A DNA stretch of 64,000 nt from Promethearchaeota archaeon (GCA_048940925.1 JBHLOC010000005.1:16978-80977), one strand, 5' to 3'. Positions 20,321-31,596 are shown, numbered from the stretch's first letter. Notes: generated by a model not told the origin, from the sequence alone. Numbers and translations: made by a program.

Positions 20321-20824
20321 ATGCAAAACTATCAAATTTCTAAATATTTCAAGATTCTTTTTTCTCTGATCAACGTAACATTGACTCCATTGTCTTGTTT
20401 TATCATATTCCCAAGTGGTGGAATACATTATCCTGTAGAAGGATTTACTTCAGATCGTGTACAGAGGCTTAGAATTGAATTCTTTTCTCCAGGAGATTTT
20501 AGACTTGATGTGAAGATGTTTAGAGAACCAAATATTTCAACAGCATACCTTGCTAATGTTGTTGTAGATAAAAATAATCTCTCTATTTGTGTCTTTTTTC
20601 ATGCGGTTAGAAAAATTGAAGTAGGTGTGGAATATCGTAGTAGATATTGGTTAGGATTTATCATGAAGAATGGGATACCAGTAAGAAAAAATCGCTTAAT
20701 GCCTAAAAGAGTCATGATGCACATGGCAAGAAATAATTGTATTCATAGCCTCATAGAATATAATAATCTCGCATCATTTCTTCCACAACTTTATAATAAA
20801 ATGAATGGAAAAATTGATAATTAG
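20321..20824 (+). CDS. Hypothetical protein
   Basis: 167-aa ORF filling the gap between two minus-strand genes; no recognised motif; start uncertain. Confidence 0.5.
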   Translation: MQNYQISKYFKILFSLINVTLTPLSCFIIFPSGGIHYPVEGFTSDRVQRLRIEFFSPGDFRLDVKMFREPNISTAYLANVVVDKNNLSICVFFHAVRKIEVGVEYRSRYWLGFIMKNGIPVRKNRLMPKRVMMHMARNNCIHSLIEYNNLASFLPQLYNKMNGKIDN

Positions 20825-20894
20825 ATATCAGATTCATTTTAATTGTTTTTCTTATAAAAAAAATATTCAGAAAAATATGAATGTTGATTTCAAT

Positions 20895-21212
20895 TTATTC
20901 TTGAAATTTAGAAAATAGTTTATCCATATCTTTCCTATAGAGTGCATACGCTTTACGACCATCATCAGTAAGACTAATTATCGTATAGGGCTTTTTTCCC
21001 TTGAATTTTTTTTCAATGAAAATGTACTTAGCATCTTCTAATTTCGAAAGATGTGAAGATAAATTTCCTTTGGTTAAGCTTGTTTGAACCATGAGAAATT
21101 GAAAATCACAATTCTTTACTACATAAAGAAAAGACATTATTAATAATCGAGCGGGTTCATGAATCAATTTATCAATATCTGAAAATAGAGGGATGTCATT
21201 ATTTTCAATCAT
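20895..21212 (-). CDS. Winged-helix transcriptional regulator (ArsR/MarR-like)
   Basis: IHEPARLLIMSFL..TKGNLSSHLSKLE..LTDDGR. Confidence 0.92.
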   Translation of the reverse strand: MIENNDIPLFSDIDKLIHEPARLLIMSFLYVVKNCDFQFLMVQTSLTKGNLSSHLSKLEDAKYIFIEKKFKGKKPYTIISLTDDGRKAYALYRKDMDKLFSKFQE

Positions 21213-21262
21213 CTTTTCTTTTTTAATTACTTACACCCTTGGTTTAAAATTTATTTATCTTA

Positions 21263-21877
21263 CTATTTATTATCATTATTAGGTAGGGGATACTGTTTGA
21301 GAAATTTATAAAGTATAGCGCCCCACATGACCATGAAAATTAAACTAACTATTACACATGGAATTAATTCATAAAATGGTTCTGGTATTTTTACTAAAAA
21401 AAGTAGAATCTGCATGCAGAAATTTAAACCGAATAATAAAGCAAAAATGTATAGTCGTTTATAACCAGAAACCAAAGCAAAACAACATATTAGTAGGGGT
21501 AAAAATAACAAGTTTAAAAACAATGCCATCAAAATATCGTCAGGAAAAATTCGAACTTTTAAAATTACCAATATAATAGTACTGATCACTGAAATTATCG
21601 CAAGTAACATTATTTTAAGGTTCATGAATTTACCAAATCGAACCCGACCTATTCTTGGCCAAGTAACATATTTCTTAAATATAATAAAGGAAATAATTAT
21701 AGAGATAATTACTATAGGTATGATGAAATAATCTATGAACCACCAAATACCCAATAAACCACTAGCTAAAACTTCAATCCCAATCCACAAGCATAAAAAG
21801 CCATCTTTATCTTCAATTTGATATATTTTTCCTTCAATTTCCTTTAATTTAATCCTTTTCGGCATGATTTTTATCAA
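21263..21877 (-). CDS. Multi-pass membrane protein
   Basis: About 6 TM helices; VTWPRIGRVRF motif. Confidence 0.75.
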   Translation of the reverse strand: MIKIMPKRIKLKEIEGKIYQIEDKDGFLCLWIGIEVLASGLLGIWWFIDYFIIPIVIISIIISFIIFKKYVTWPRIGRVRFGKFMNLKIMLLAIISVISTIILVILKVRIFPDDILMALFLNLLFLPLLICCFALVSGYKRLYIFALLFGLNFCMQILLFLVKIPEPFYELIPCVIVSLIFMVMWGAILYKFLKQYPLPNNDNK

Positions 21878-21944
21878 TGTTATATCATTTTGATAGTAAA
21901 TATTTGTATATGATTTTAATAAATATATAAAAAAAAAGTTGTGA

Positions 21945-22979
21945 TTAATTACTTTTTTGATACATTCTATCCTGCAGAATTAGAAAAACAACAATTGTAT
22001 AAAATGTAATAATGATAATAATAGTCACTATTATACTAGAAGGAGGTGCGATTCTGAAAAATAGACCAAACATGTTTAAAGATGTATGGAGAAAAACACA
22101 ACCTAATAAATTCCCTTGAGATTTGATGTAGTACCATGTAAAAATAATCCCAAAAGGTATATTATATATGAATCTTAGGAGAAATCCTAGTAATCCATCT
22201 CCATAGAACCCATTAAAATGTAAAGGAGCGTGCCATATTGACCAAATAACACCAATAATGAGTCCTGTTATCAAGGGACTATATTTCTCTAGCAAGCGTG
22301 GTGTAGCAAATCCTCGCCATCCAGGTTCCTCATTTAAAGGTCCACCAAAGAAGAAAATTTGGGCAAATCCTAATAAAAGAACAATCAAGAATGCTATCCA
22401 TGAGAAGTTTTGATTATATACTCCTCCAAATAGTAATGAGATGATATACACAAATAAATAAAATCCAAGAGGAAGAAATATCGCAATGAGAATGGATTTA
22501 TTATGACCTTTTATACCTCTTAGAGTTTTAAGCATCATGGCAACATCTTTTTTTGAGGAATAAATTGAAGAAAAGATATACGCAGCTATAATTGAACCTA
22601 CAACGATAAAAGGAATTATCTGAATAATAGGGAGAGTTGTAAAAATTCCAATTGTCAAGCTTAGAATGAAAATAATCAAGAATATCTTTACTTGCTTTTT
22701 TCTTTGCACTTCGAATTTCTGGTTATTCTTGGATGTTAAAATAATAGCGACTAATGAGGGTGCATATCCTCCTATTATACTTATGCCATTAATAAGATAA
22801 ACGTCTCCAAATGAAATAAATGGAGCTATTATCCAAATTATCCAAGAAAATACAAAGGTAAGTAAAAAAAAGTTCTTTAATTCTTTATATTGGTCCTTGT
22901 TACCAATATTTTCTAAAGCTTCCAAGCTATCTTGTTCATTTTTCTCTAAAAATTGATTTTCTTTTATATTCAGTATCAA
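21945..22979 (-). CDS. CPBP (CAAX protease type II / Abi) intramembrane metalloprotease
   Basis: EEPGWRG, WSIWH, HTSLN. Confidence 0.92.
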   Translation of the reverse strand: MILNIKENQFLEKNEQDSLEALENIGNKDQYKELKNFFLLTFVFSWIIWIIAPFISFGDVYLINGISIIGGYAPSLVAIILTSKNNQKFEVQRKKQVKIFLIIFILSLTIGIFTTLPIIQIIPFIVVGSIIAAYIFSSIYSSKKDVAMMLKTLRGIKGHNKSILIAIFLPLGFYLFVYIISLLFGGVYNQNFSWIAFLIVLLLGFAQIFFFGGPLNEEPGWRGFATPRLLEKYSPLITGLIIGVIWSIWHAPLHFNGFYGDGLLGFLLRFIYNIPFGIIFTWYYIKSQGNLLGCVFLHTSLNMFGLFFRIAPPSSIIVTIIIIITFYTIVVFLILQDRMYQKSN

Positions 22980-23418
22980 TACCTTATTTACTATTTTTTT
23001 TCTTTTAGATTAATAGTAAAAACATTACTATTTTTATTTAATAATAATTAAATAGTAATCATACCATTTAAGGTTTGCGATACAAACTGGTTCATATTGA
23101 AAACTTAGATTCGATAAAGTCATAATTTCTTTGATTTCTAAGCCTGATATAACACTCTATGAAAAACTATAATTATGAATCTCAAATACTAATATTCATC
23201 ATATATATGATAGATTTAAGTTTAGTTTCAATAATTTATGATTTTTTTTTGGTTATACGTTCTTAAGAGGTTATTTGATAAATTTTCTCAATAATATCCA
23301 CATATTATGAGAATATGTATCACAATAATTCTTTATTTTAAAACTCTTTTAAGGCATTATAATAATGAAATAATTAAAAGTTAGATTTTCGTCGGAAGTA
23401 AGAGGTTAGATATTATAA

Positions 23419-23763
23419 ATGGGTAAATTTTGGGGAAAAAAAGAGGATATTGAACTTTTGGGTTCACCACAGGAAACAATGGGTTTTTCGAAAGAATATT
23501 CTTCATTGTTACAAAATTTTATCATCAGAAAATACGACTTTTCAAATCTTTCTCAAATAGAGGATATCAAGAATCAATTAATGAAACAGAAGATCTTAAT
23601 TATTAATGCTAAAGAAATTCTTGAAAAAGTTGATGTTTCTGAGTTAAAGGGCGCAATTGAAAATTTGAAATCCTTTCTAAGAGAAAATGGAGGATCATTA
23701 GGACGCCTTGGTGACCAATATTTAATTGTAACTCCAAACTCTCATATAAAAATATCAAATTAA
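23419..23763 (+). CDS. sepF: Cell division protein SepF (archaeal type)
   Basis: ILIIN..GGSLGRLGDQYLIVTP C-terminal signature. Confidence 0.8.
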   Translation: MGKFWGKKEDIELLGSPQETMGFSKEYSSLLQNFIIRKYDFSNLSQIEDIKNQLMKQKILIINAKEILEKVDVSELKGAIENLKSFLRENGGSLGRLGDQYLIVTPNSHIKISN

Positions 23764-23964
23764 TTAAATCCTCTTTAAAACAAATTAATTACACTTTTTA
23801 AAAAGTCTTTTTAAGATATTTATCCTAAATTTTATAAAATATATTAAGAAATGTTGAAAAGATAAATAATTCTATCAGAAAAGCTTTTTTACTAATTATT
23901 TTTTCTACTATATTTATTACAGGTCAATAAGAAAAATTATACACAATACACGACTAAATTACCA

Positions 23965-25632
23965 ATGATTAACGATCAATTTAAATGGTGGCAAAAAACT
24001 GTTGTTTATCAGATTTATCCTCGATCATTTAAAGATAGCACTGGAAATGGAATTGGAGATCTTATGGGAATTATTGAAAAATTAGATTATTTACAAGATT
24101 TAGGAATAGAAACTATATGGTTTTCTCCGTTTTTTGAATCTCCGCAACAAGATCATGGTTATGATATTACCAACTTTCGTGAAATTGATCCTGTGTATGG
24201 AACAATGGAAGATTTTGACAAATTGTTAGAAAGAATTCATGATAGAGAAATGAAAATCGTTTTAGATCTTGTTCTTAATCACACTTCAATTAAGCATCCA
24301 TGGTTTATACAATCTGCTTCTAGTAAAGATAATTCTAAACGTAATTGGTACATTTGGCGAGATGGAAAAAAGCAAGGAGGAAAAAAACCTCCTAATAATT
24401 GGAAAGCTATTCCCGGAGGACCAGCATGGAAATATCATGAAAATACTGATCAGTGGTATTATTTTCATTTCTTACCCTTCCAACCCGATTTAAATTATAG
24501 AAACCCAAAGGTTAAAGAAGAAATGTTTGATACTATGAGATTTTGGTTAGATAAAGGTGTTGATGGATTTCGTTTAGATATTTTACATTCAATTTATGAA
24601 GATGAATTACTTAGGAATAATCCCTTTTCTTGGAATTTAGCTTTATCCGATAAAAAGCCAGCATGTTATTTTCAATATCACAAATATGATTTAAATCTTC
24701 CTGAAACTTTTGAACTCACTATAGAATTAAGAAACATAATGGAAGAATATGACCCAGAAAGATTCTTAGTCGGAGAAATTTCTGGTTCAATTGAAAATGT
24801 AAGAAAATATTATGGTCCAAACAACAATGGTTTACACATGGCCTTTCTATTCGAGTTTACATCAACACCCTTTAATTCTAAAAAATATCGAAAAGTGATT
24901 TCAAGAATCGAGAAAGTTTTAGCATTTCCTTATACACCCACATTTGTATATAGTAATCATGATAGAACAAGACATATATCTCTTTTGAAAGAAAATATAA
25001 AGAAAGCCAAGATCCTTGCTGCATTACAATTAACATTAAGAGGAGTTCCTTTTATATATTATGGCGAAGAAATTGGAATGAGTAATATAAAGTTTAAACT
25101 TAAAACAAGTGAAGATCCTTTGGGACAGAAATTTTCTAAATTTCCTTTTCCTCAAATTGCCAGAATATTAGGACTCTCATTGACAAGAGATAGTTGTAGA
25201 ACGCCAATGCAGTGGAATGCAGAACCTAATGCTGGATTTACATCTAATCCAGAAATCACTACATGGTTAAAAATATCTGAAAATTATAAAAAGATCAATG
25301 TCTATAATGAAGAAAATGACGCAAATTCTTTATTGAATTGCTATAAACAATTAATTAATGTTAGAAGAGAAAGCATCCCACTACAAAATGGAGTATTTCA
25401 CTTAATCGATCTTGGAAAAGTAAATAAAAAGTGTATAGCATATAATAGAATTTACGAAATGCACGAGATCTATGTTTATTTAAATTTTTCAAATAAGGAG
25501 TTATTAGTAGAAAAACCTACTCAAAAACCAGCATTGATTTTTTCTACATTAGCTAATAGAAAAGCATTAAATCCAGATGCGTATGATGGAAACATAAAAT
25601 TATCACCTTTAGAAGGAGTTATCTTCAAATAA
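23965..25632 (+). CDS. GH13 alpha-glucosidase (oligo-1,6-glucosidase-like)
   Basis: YQIYPRSF, DLVLNH, GVDGFRLD, VGE, NHD. Confidence 0.95.
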   Translation: MINDQFKWWQKTVVYQIYPRSFKDSTGNGIGDLMGIIEKLDYLQDLGIETIWFSPFFESPQQDHGYDITNFREIDPVYGTMEDFDKLLERIHDREMKIVLDLVLNHTSIKHPWFIQSASSKDNSKRNWYIWRDGKKQGGKKPPNNWKAIPGGPAWKYHENTDQWYYFHFLPFQPDLNYRNPKVKEEMFDTMRFWLDKGVDGFRLDILHSIYEDELLRNNPFSWNLALSDKKPACYFQYHKYDLNLPETFELTIELRNIMEEYDPERFLVGEISGSIENVRKYYGPNNNGLHMAFLFEFTSTPFNSKKYRKVISRIEKVLAFPYTPTFVYSNHDRTRHISLLKENIKKAKILAALQLTLRGVPFIYYGEEIGMSNIKFKLKTSEDPLGQKFSKFPFPQIARILGLSLTRDSCRTPMQWNAEPNAGFTSNPEITTWLKISENYKKINVYNEENDANSLLNCYKQLINVRRESIPLQNGVFHLIDLGKVNKKCIAYNRIYEMHEIYVYLNFSNKELLVEKPTQKPALIFSTLANRKALNPDAYDGNIKLSPLEGVIFK

Positions 25633-25715
25633 ATATTATTGGAAAGTATTAAGAGTCAGACTATATTAAAAAAATCCTGAATTCTATTATGGAATTTGGG
25701 TTTTTAGACTCATTA

Positions 25716-27107
25716 TTATATATTAATTTCATGAATTTTTTTCAGGATAATTTCTGAGCATTCAAGAGCACTTTGTGCCGCAAGTTCTGTTCCAATACCC
25801 CATCCCCCTGCATCTCCTCCCACCATATATAATCCCTTGATTGGTAAAGATATTGCAGGTCGATTGATTCCTACCTGTCCTGTTGTCTGAGAAACACCAA
25901 TAACTGAACCTTCTTTTCCCCACATTGTTTCAATATCATATGGAGTAGTAATATCGCACCATAATATATTTTTAGATAAATCTGGAAAGACTTTTTCTAA
26001 TGTGTTCATTGAATTTTCGATCCATTTCTCTTCATTTTTTTTAAAATTATCTTTTGGTACAAATGTTCCTGCTGTCATCAGCTGGCATCCTTCAGGAGCG
26101 ATTGAGGCGTGATAATTCGAGGGTATGGGAATAAAGAAATCTATCTCATCAGGTACTTTACCATTTAAAATTGACTTATTTTTCTTTTCTGGGTCTTCTG
26201 AAGTGAAAGATACAACAATTTTATATGGTGACAATGGCTTTTTAAGAGCAATTTTTAAGGTAAGAGCACTCATCGAGTACTTTAGATTGTCCATCTCTTT
26301 CAAATAACTTTTATCAAAGTATTTTCTGCCAATCAAAGTATTGACAGTTTCTTTTATTCCAGCATTTGAGATAACAATTTTCGAAGAAATAAATTCACCA
26401 TTATCTAGTTTCACACCTTTGACTTTATCATCTTCTATAACAATTTCTTGAATAGAAGTTCCTGTTTTAACTGACCCTTTATACTTTCTAATTCCATCAG
26501 CATAAGCAGAAGGAATTGATATACACCCCCCTTTAGGATAACCAACACTCTGAAATTTATTAAGTGTTGTTAAACATCTAATAAACTCCCCGGTTGATAC
26601 TATATAATATGGGATTACAAAATATAACCCACATATAATATAAAAATATGAATGTATTAGGGTATTCGTTGTATATTGATTCAACCAAGACTTTACATTA
26701 ATTGTATCTAATTCATTTGTATTGTTTATCTTTGATGTCTCACTAATCAATTTTATCAATCCAAGAAAATCTTCTTTAGGTAATAATTTTCTGAAATCTT
26801 CTGGAAATTGATAAAGGTTATTTTCAAGGTGCCAGCGTGCTTCATCATTTCCTGCTATACTCCAATCAATGGCATTTTGCATTCCAATTTTATTTAATAT
26901 TGCTCCAAGAGGTCCATGTTGGCATCTAGCAAATGAATGTACACCAAGATCAACTTTAAAACCTTCTTTTTCATATGTACTACACCGTCCTCCTATTAAT
27001 TTATTCTTTTCAACAAGTAATGTTTTTAATTTATTTGAAGCTAAAAGAGCTCCAACGGCAGTCCCTCCAATACCACCACCAATAACAATTACATCATAAT
27101 CAGTCAT
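25716..27107 (-). CDS. FAD-dependent oxidoreductase, phytoene-desaturase-like
   Basis: DVIVIGGGIGG, GGRC, YPKGG, GLYMVG. Confidence 0.88.
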   Translation of the reverse strand: MTDYDVIVIGGGIGGTAVGALLASNKLKTLLVEKNKLIGGRCSTYEKEGFKVDLGVHSFARCQHGPLGAILNKIGMQNAIDWSIAGNDEARWHLENNLYQFPEDFRKLLPKEDFLGLIKLISETSKINNTNELDTINVKSWLNQYTTNTLIHSYFYIICGLYFVIPYYIVSTGEFIRCLTTLNKFQSVGYPKGGCISIPSAYADGIRKYKGSVKTGTSIQEIVIEDDKVKGVKLDNGEFISSKIVISNAGIKETVNTLIGRKYFDKSYLKEMDNLKYSMSALTLKIALKKPLSPYKIVVSFTSEDPEKKNKSILNGKVPDEIDFFIPIPSNYHASIAPEGCQLMTAGTFVPKDNFKKNEEKWIENSMNTLEKVFPDLSKNILWCDITTPYDIETMWGKEGSVIGVSQTTGQVGINRPAISLPIKGLYMVGGDAGGWGIGTELAAQSALECSEIILKKIHEINI

Positions 27108-27379
27108 AATTAAAGTGATATGCACTCTTTTCTATAAATATTTTTATTAATTATTGATCAAGCGAAAATATAATATCTTTTTATATAAATCTTACATATC
27201 TGTATAATAGATAAAAATTGAGAATTTTACCAAAATCTTTTTAGAAATATCACAAAAATCTATTGCTTGGTTAGTTTTTTCTAACACTTTTATATACTGG
27301 AGGAAAGTGTTGGTTGTCATTTTCTGACACGAGAAATTAAGAGAATTGTAAAATTTTAAAAGATAACGATTTCAAGGTT

Positions 27380-28645
27380 TTAATTTTTTTTTCTTTTCCG
27401 TAATAACTCTATGAAACTTTCAATTTGATTAGATACTTGAACTTCATTAAATTTACGTGGATCATTTTGGTCTGCATCAATGATTAAACAGGGGATATCA
27501 GCCTCCTCGCTCAAAAGACGCTTTAAATCATAAAAGGCAGCAGTGTTTGGTCTACATGAAACATTATTATGCATTAAAACACCATCTATTTTCCATTCCT
27601 TTACAGTATCTTTAAACCATTTTACTCTAGTTTCAAGATCAAAAATATACCAAAAACTTAGCATTAGGGAACTCATACATTCAATTGGGTCTTTCAATAA
27701 TCTTTCTTTTGTGATTTCCTCAAATGGATTCGAAAAAAACTTAGAGAACGCAAAAGTGTAAGGTTCATAAACTATTATCGCATTAAATCTTTCTAACATT
27801 GCGAAATATTTTAGATTATACCAAAATGGGATTCCCTCAAACATAAGTCTAAATTCTTCATTATCTAATGCACCTTGACCTGAATCAACCCTTATTTTAG
27901 CTTCCCTATACATTCTCTTGTATAATTTAATGGGAGATCTCAAACCGGGCATGGTAAATAAAGGAAACAGTCCGCCGAAAGTGTCTTTTGTAGAAATGGG
28001 TGAGGGAACATTCTTTCTTAATTCATAAATGTCTCTCCATACTTCACTTAGTTCATAAGAATTAGCTGCAACTTCTTTAGCTTTCTCCATATTTATTTCA
28101 TTACCCGTATGTTCTTTTATGAACTCAAGAAGCTCCCACATCTGCTCTTCAACATACTTTTTGAAATAATCTAACTGTTGCTTAGTTGTATTGCTTACTA
28201 CATGAGGTACATCTATGATAAAGTGAGGAACCCCTCCAAGCCTTTCCGCTTGAACTTGAAACCAATGGCTATGAGTATCACATATAACATCACTCGATAA
28301 CATGAAAGTGGGTTTTTTAATGCCTCCTTTATAAACATCAACGTTCTCCATTACGGCTCCCACGTTTGTTTTAAAATAACTGCACATATCATAAGAAAAT
28401 CCTTCCTCTTCTGCTAATTCTATAAAATGTTGGGAATACTTCTGAGATGCTGAAATTGTAGCAGAATTTTCTGGGAGCATTGGTTGAATGTCCATGGCAT
28501 AGAGAAGTTCGACAGGACAACCAGATGTAGCCCATGCTGTTGGTTTTCCATCTCGATAGGCTTGTTCAATTGCTAAATAATGCCTGCCCATTATATTTTT
28601 TAACCCTTGAGTGGCGTTTAACATTTTACTTCTTTTTTCAGACAT
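27380..28645 (-). CDS. 2-hydroxyacyl-CoA dehydratase / benzoyl-CoA reductase-family subunit
   Basis: PEN, DMCSY, ICD, SCRP; AGGTGA 5 nt before the ATG at 28645. Confidence 0.9.
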   Translation of the reverse strand: MSEKRSKMLNATQGLKNIMGRHYLAIEQAYRDGKPTAWATSGCPVELLYAMDIQPMLPENSATISASQKYSQHFIELAEEEGFSYDMCSYFKTNVGAVMENVDVYKGGIKKPTFMLSSDVICDTHSHWFQVQAERLGGVPHFIIDVPHVVSNTTKQQLDYFKKYVEEQMWELLEFIKEHTGNEINMEKAKEVAANSYELSEVWRDIYELRKNVPSPISTKDTFGGLFPLFTMPGLRSPIKLYKRMYREAKIRVDSGQGALDNEEFRLMFEGIPFWYNLKYFAMLERFNAIIVYEPYTFAFSKFFSNPFEEITKERLLKDPIECMSSLMLSFWYIFDLETRVKWFKDTVKEWKIDGVLMHNNVSCRPNTAAFYDLKRLLSEEADIPCLIIDADQNDPRKFNEVQVSNQIESFIELLRKRKKN

Positions 28646-28656
28646 TTCTTTCACCT

Positions 28657-29694
28657 CTAAATTATTTCAGCAAAAGCTTCAAATCTTGTTGAGAGTTGCT
28701 TATATTGTTCTCGATTATAAAGCATTTCTATAAATATATATGGAATTCCTAATTCTTTAAATTTTTTATTCATATATGGATGATCATAAAGCATAGGTTC
28801 ACAAAATTTCATTGCGATGTTGATCACACCATCCACTTCATATTTTTCAGTTAAATTTTTCAAGAATTTAAAGCGATTATAAGAGGGCATTTTAGTAGAA
28901 TAGAGCGGCTTGCTTAAGATATATTCGGCAATTGCTATTAAAGGATCCCTATCTTCTTTAATATTATTCCAGAAGTATCGAGAGCCGATACATAAATCGT
29001 CTGCTACAACTTGAAATCCTTTATCTTCTAAAAATTTCAAAAATTCTGTATCATCGATAACAGACCCTGTTAGTAATATCCGTTTCATTTTTTCATCAGT
29101 AAAAGGAGCCTTACTTTTTAATTCTTCCAATCTTCTTTTCAAAAGTTCTAAAACATAATTTTTATCGTTAGTCTGTGATAATTTTACCAATTCATGAAAT
29201 TCTGATCCTTTTAAAATCATCTTACTTCTATACTCAGATATTTCTTTTAATAATGAGCGAATTTGATTGGTTATTTTAATAGCTTCTTTAATTTTTTCAG
29301 TTTGGATTTTAATTTTAAATTTATCTTCAATTTGGGAGATCAATTCTCTAAGATCGTTCAAAAAGAAATTTAAAGCAGTCTTATCTCTCTTTAATGGCAC
29401 ATTTAAATAAAACAAGAAATCAAGATCAACAGATTCGACCCAAATATCAAATTCTCTATTGGTACAATCACAGCCATGACTTGTGACTACTCCTTTTATC
29501 TCAGGATTGAGCCCCCTTATTGCTTGTTCAAGAATATTTTTTGCCCAGACACAATGTGTAGGGGGTATGTGTTCATTTACTTTATCATGTTCGATGGTGG
29601 GATCTCCTAAAAGTCTAATAGGGGTGAATCCCGCAGCCATAAAAATCTCTTCAGGACTAACGACATCCGCATCAAAATAGGCTATTTTTGCCAT
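28657..29694 (-). CDS. 2-hydroxyacyl-CoA dehydratase-family partner subunit
   Basis: PEEI..AAG, HGCD, DDLCIG, KFCEP, TRFEAFAE. Confidence 0.9.
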   Translation of the reverse strand: MAKIAYFDADVVSPEEIFMAAGFTPIRLLGDPTIEHDKVNEHIPPTHCVWAKNILEQAIRGLNPEIKGVVTSHGCDCTNREFDIWVESVDLDFLFYLNVPLKRDKTALNFFLNDLRELISQIEDKFKIKIQTEKIKEAIKITNQIRSLLKEISEYRSKMILKGSEFHELVKLSQTNDKNYVLELLKRRLEELKSKAPFTDEKMKRILLTGSVIDDTEFLKFLEDKGFQVVADDLCIGSRYFWNNIKEDRDPLIAIAEYILSKPLYSTKMPSYNRFKFLKNLTEKYEVDGVINIAMKFCEPMLYDHPYMNKKFKELGIPYIFIEMLYNREQYKQLSTRFEAFAEII

Positions 29695-29824
29695 GTAATT
29701 CCAGCTCTATTCTTATTGTTTAAAGTTAAATATTAGTAGAGTAAATCCTTTGTGAAATAAAAAAATATTTATAATTTTGAATAATTTTCTTCTTTATTAG
29801 CAATAATTTTAGTTTGTTTTTCAG

Positions 29825-30133
29825 ATGTCTCAACACACAATTTCAAGAACTCTAAGCAAAGCGATTTTAAAACCAGAGATTCGAATAAAACTTAAGATAT
29901 GGAATACCTATCTCACTGGTAAGTTAATTAAATTTGACAATTACATGAATTTAATTGTTAAAGAAGCAAAAGAAGTATATTTTGGGAGAGGTGGTAAACG
30001 TAGTAAGGAACTAGGGACAGTTATGATTCGTGGCGCTTCAGTAATTTATGTTGGTCAAGATCGGGAAAAATTAATATTTGCTGGAGACAATGAAGAAAAG
30101 TTAATGCATGTAGATGAAAGTGATGATGAGTAG
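29825..30133 (+). CDS. Sm/Lsm-like RNA-binding protein
   Basis: GKLIKFDNYMNL (Sm1) and MIRGASV (Sm2); adjacent to rpl37e. Confidence 0.92.
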   Translation: MSQHTISRTLSKAILKPEIRIKLKIWNTYLTGKLIKFDNYMNLIVKEAKEVYFGRGGKRSKELGTVMIRGASVIYVGQDREKLIFAGDNEEKLMHVDESDDE

Positions 30134-30154
30134 ACATTAGAGAGGATGAGAAAA

Positions 30155-30361
30155 ATGGGAAAAGGAACTCCTAGTAGTGGAAAGAAAAATAAGGCTGCAA
30201 GCCATAAAACCTGTAGACGATGTGGTAGACATTCTTATCATCGACGGAAGAGATTTTGTGCTTATTGTGGTTTTGGAAGATCAGCAAAACTTCGTCAACC
30301 AAGCTGGAGAAATAGACACAGACCTTTTAATGGACAAAAATCTTTCTATCGTAAATTTTGA
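30155..30361 (+). CDS. rpl37e: 50S ribosomal protein L37e
   Basis: MGKGTPS.GK..HKTCRRCGRHSYH..CAYCGFG. Confidence 0.97.
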   Translation: MGKGTPSSGKKNKAASHKTCRRCGRHSYHRRKRFCAYCGFGRSAKLRQPSWRNRHRPFNGQKSFYRKF

Positions 30362-30474
30362 GATTTCTTACTTTTTTATAATTACACTATAAAAAATTGC
30401 TAATAATTTATTAGCTTCCATATATTTACTATTATCTACTAGAGATTAATAGTTAATTTAGTGAGACATTTTCA

Positions 30475-30849
30475 ATGAATAATTTAAAAATTGAGACTCT
30501 TAATAAAGAATTAGAAAAGTTAGAAATCTTAGGAGATTTTATCGGGAGTGCTATTGTAAACCGTAATGGTTTGTTAATAGCATCAAGCTTACCGAGGGAT
30601 ATAGACGAGAGAAAATTTGGGGCAATGGCAGCTACAATGTTTGGAGCAATTGAAACTGCTGCAATTGCAGTAAAAGAAAGTCATGTGAACAACCTCACAG
30701 TTGAATATAATGATTATCAATTACTTATCATTGGAATAGATGAACAATTTATTTTAGTTACATTAGTAAATTTAAATATCAATTTGGGTTTAATTTTTAT
30801 TGAGATTGAAGAAACTATAAAGAATATAAAAAAAATATTAAAAAGGTGA
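30475..30849 (+). CDS. Roadblock/LC7 domain protein
   Basis: SAIVNRNGLLIAS..GAMAATM. Confidence 0.92.
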   Translation: MNNLKIETLNKELEKLEILGDFIGSAIVNRNGLLIASSLPRDIDERKFGAMAATMFGAIETAAIAVKESHVNNLTVEYNDYQLLIIGIDEQFILVTLVNLNINLGLIFIEIEETIKNIKKILKR

Positions 30850-30855
30850 AAGTTA

Positions 30856-31596
30856 ATCTTAAATCAAAAGCAAAAAGAAAGATATTCAAGGCAAATTATC
30901 TCCCCTTCAATTGGAGAGGAAGGACAAGAAAAACTATCAAAAATTAAAGTTTTGCAAATTGGAGCTGGAGGTTTAGGTTCTCCCTTTGCCTTATATCTGG
31001 TCTCTGCAGGGATTAAAAAACTTACTATAATAGATAATGATAGATTAGATATTTCGAATTTGCAAAGACAGATCTTATATAATGAAACTCAAATTGGAAA
31101 CGCAAAAGCAGATTTAGCCAAGGAAGTATTATCTAAATTAAATTCTGATGTCAAAGTTAACACATATAAAGAATATGTGGATAGAAACTCGATAACTAGG
31201 TATCTTAAAGAGGAAGATTATGATTTTATTGTTGACTGCAGTGATAACTTCTCAACTAAATTTTTAGTGAATAAGGTTTCAGTTGAAAATGGTATAAAAT
31301 GCGTGATTGCGGGAATAAAGGATTTTTATGGTCAAATTATTACAGTTAATCCAAAAAAAACAGCATGTTATCAATGTGTGTTCTCTGAACCAGTAGGGCC
31401 ATTGGTAGATGAAAAACCCTTACCTGTTATTGGTGTCACTCCAGGGATATTGGGAACACTAGAAGCATTAGAAGTAATAAAAACAGCGTTAGGTCTACCC
31501 AATTTGGAAAATAAAGTTCTAATGGTTAATTTAATTGATTTAAGGTTTAACACTATTGATATTGTTAAGAATGAAAATTGCTTTTGCTCAAAATAA
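30856..31596 (+). CDS. ThiF/MoeB/E1-like adenylyltransferase (probable ATC start)
   Basis: ERYSRQI..IGEEGQEKL lies upstream of the ORF-track start (30952); GAGGLG, SNLQRQ, DCSDN, CYQC. Confidence 0.92.
   Translation: MLNQKQKERYSRQIISPSIGEEGQEKLSKIKVLQIGAGGLGSPFALYLVSAGIKKLTIIDNDRLDISNLQRQILYNETQIGNAKADLAKEVLSKLNSDVKVNTYKEYVDRNSITRYLKEEDYDFIVDCSDNFSTKFLVNKVSVENGIKCVIAGIKDFYGQIITVNPKKTACYQCVFSEPVGPLVDEKPLPVIGVTPGILGTLEALEVIKTALGLPNLENKVLMVNLIDLRFNTIDIVKNENCFCSK

Noticed and set aside
30847-30849. Selenocysteine at the roadblock TGA
   Set aside because: The position is not a Cys-equivalent site, no SECIS-like hairpin was seen, and the TGA is part of a GGTGA RBS.
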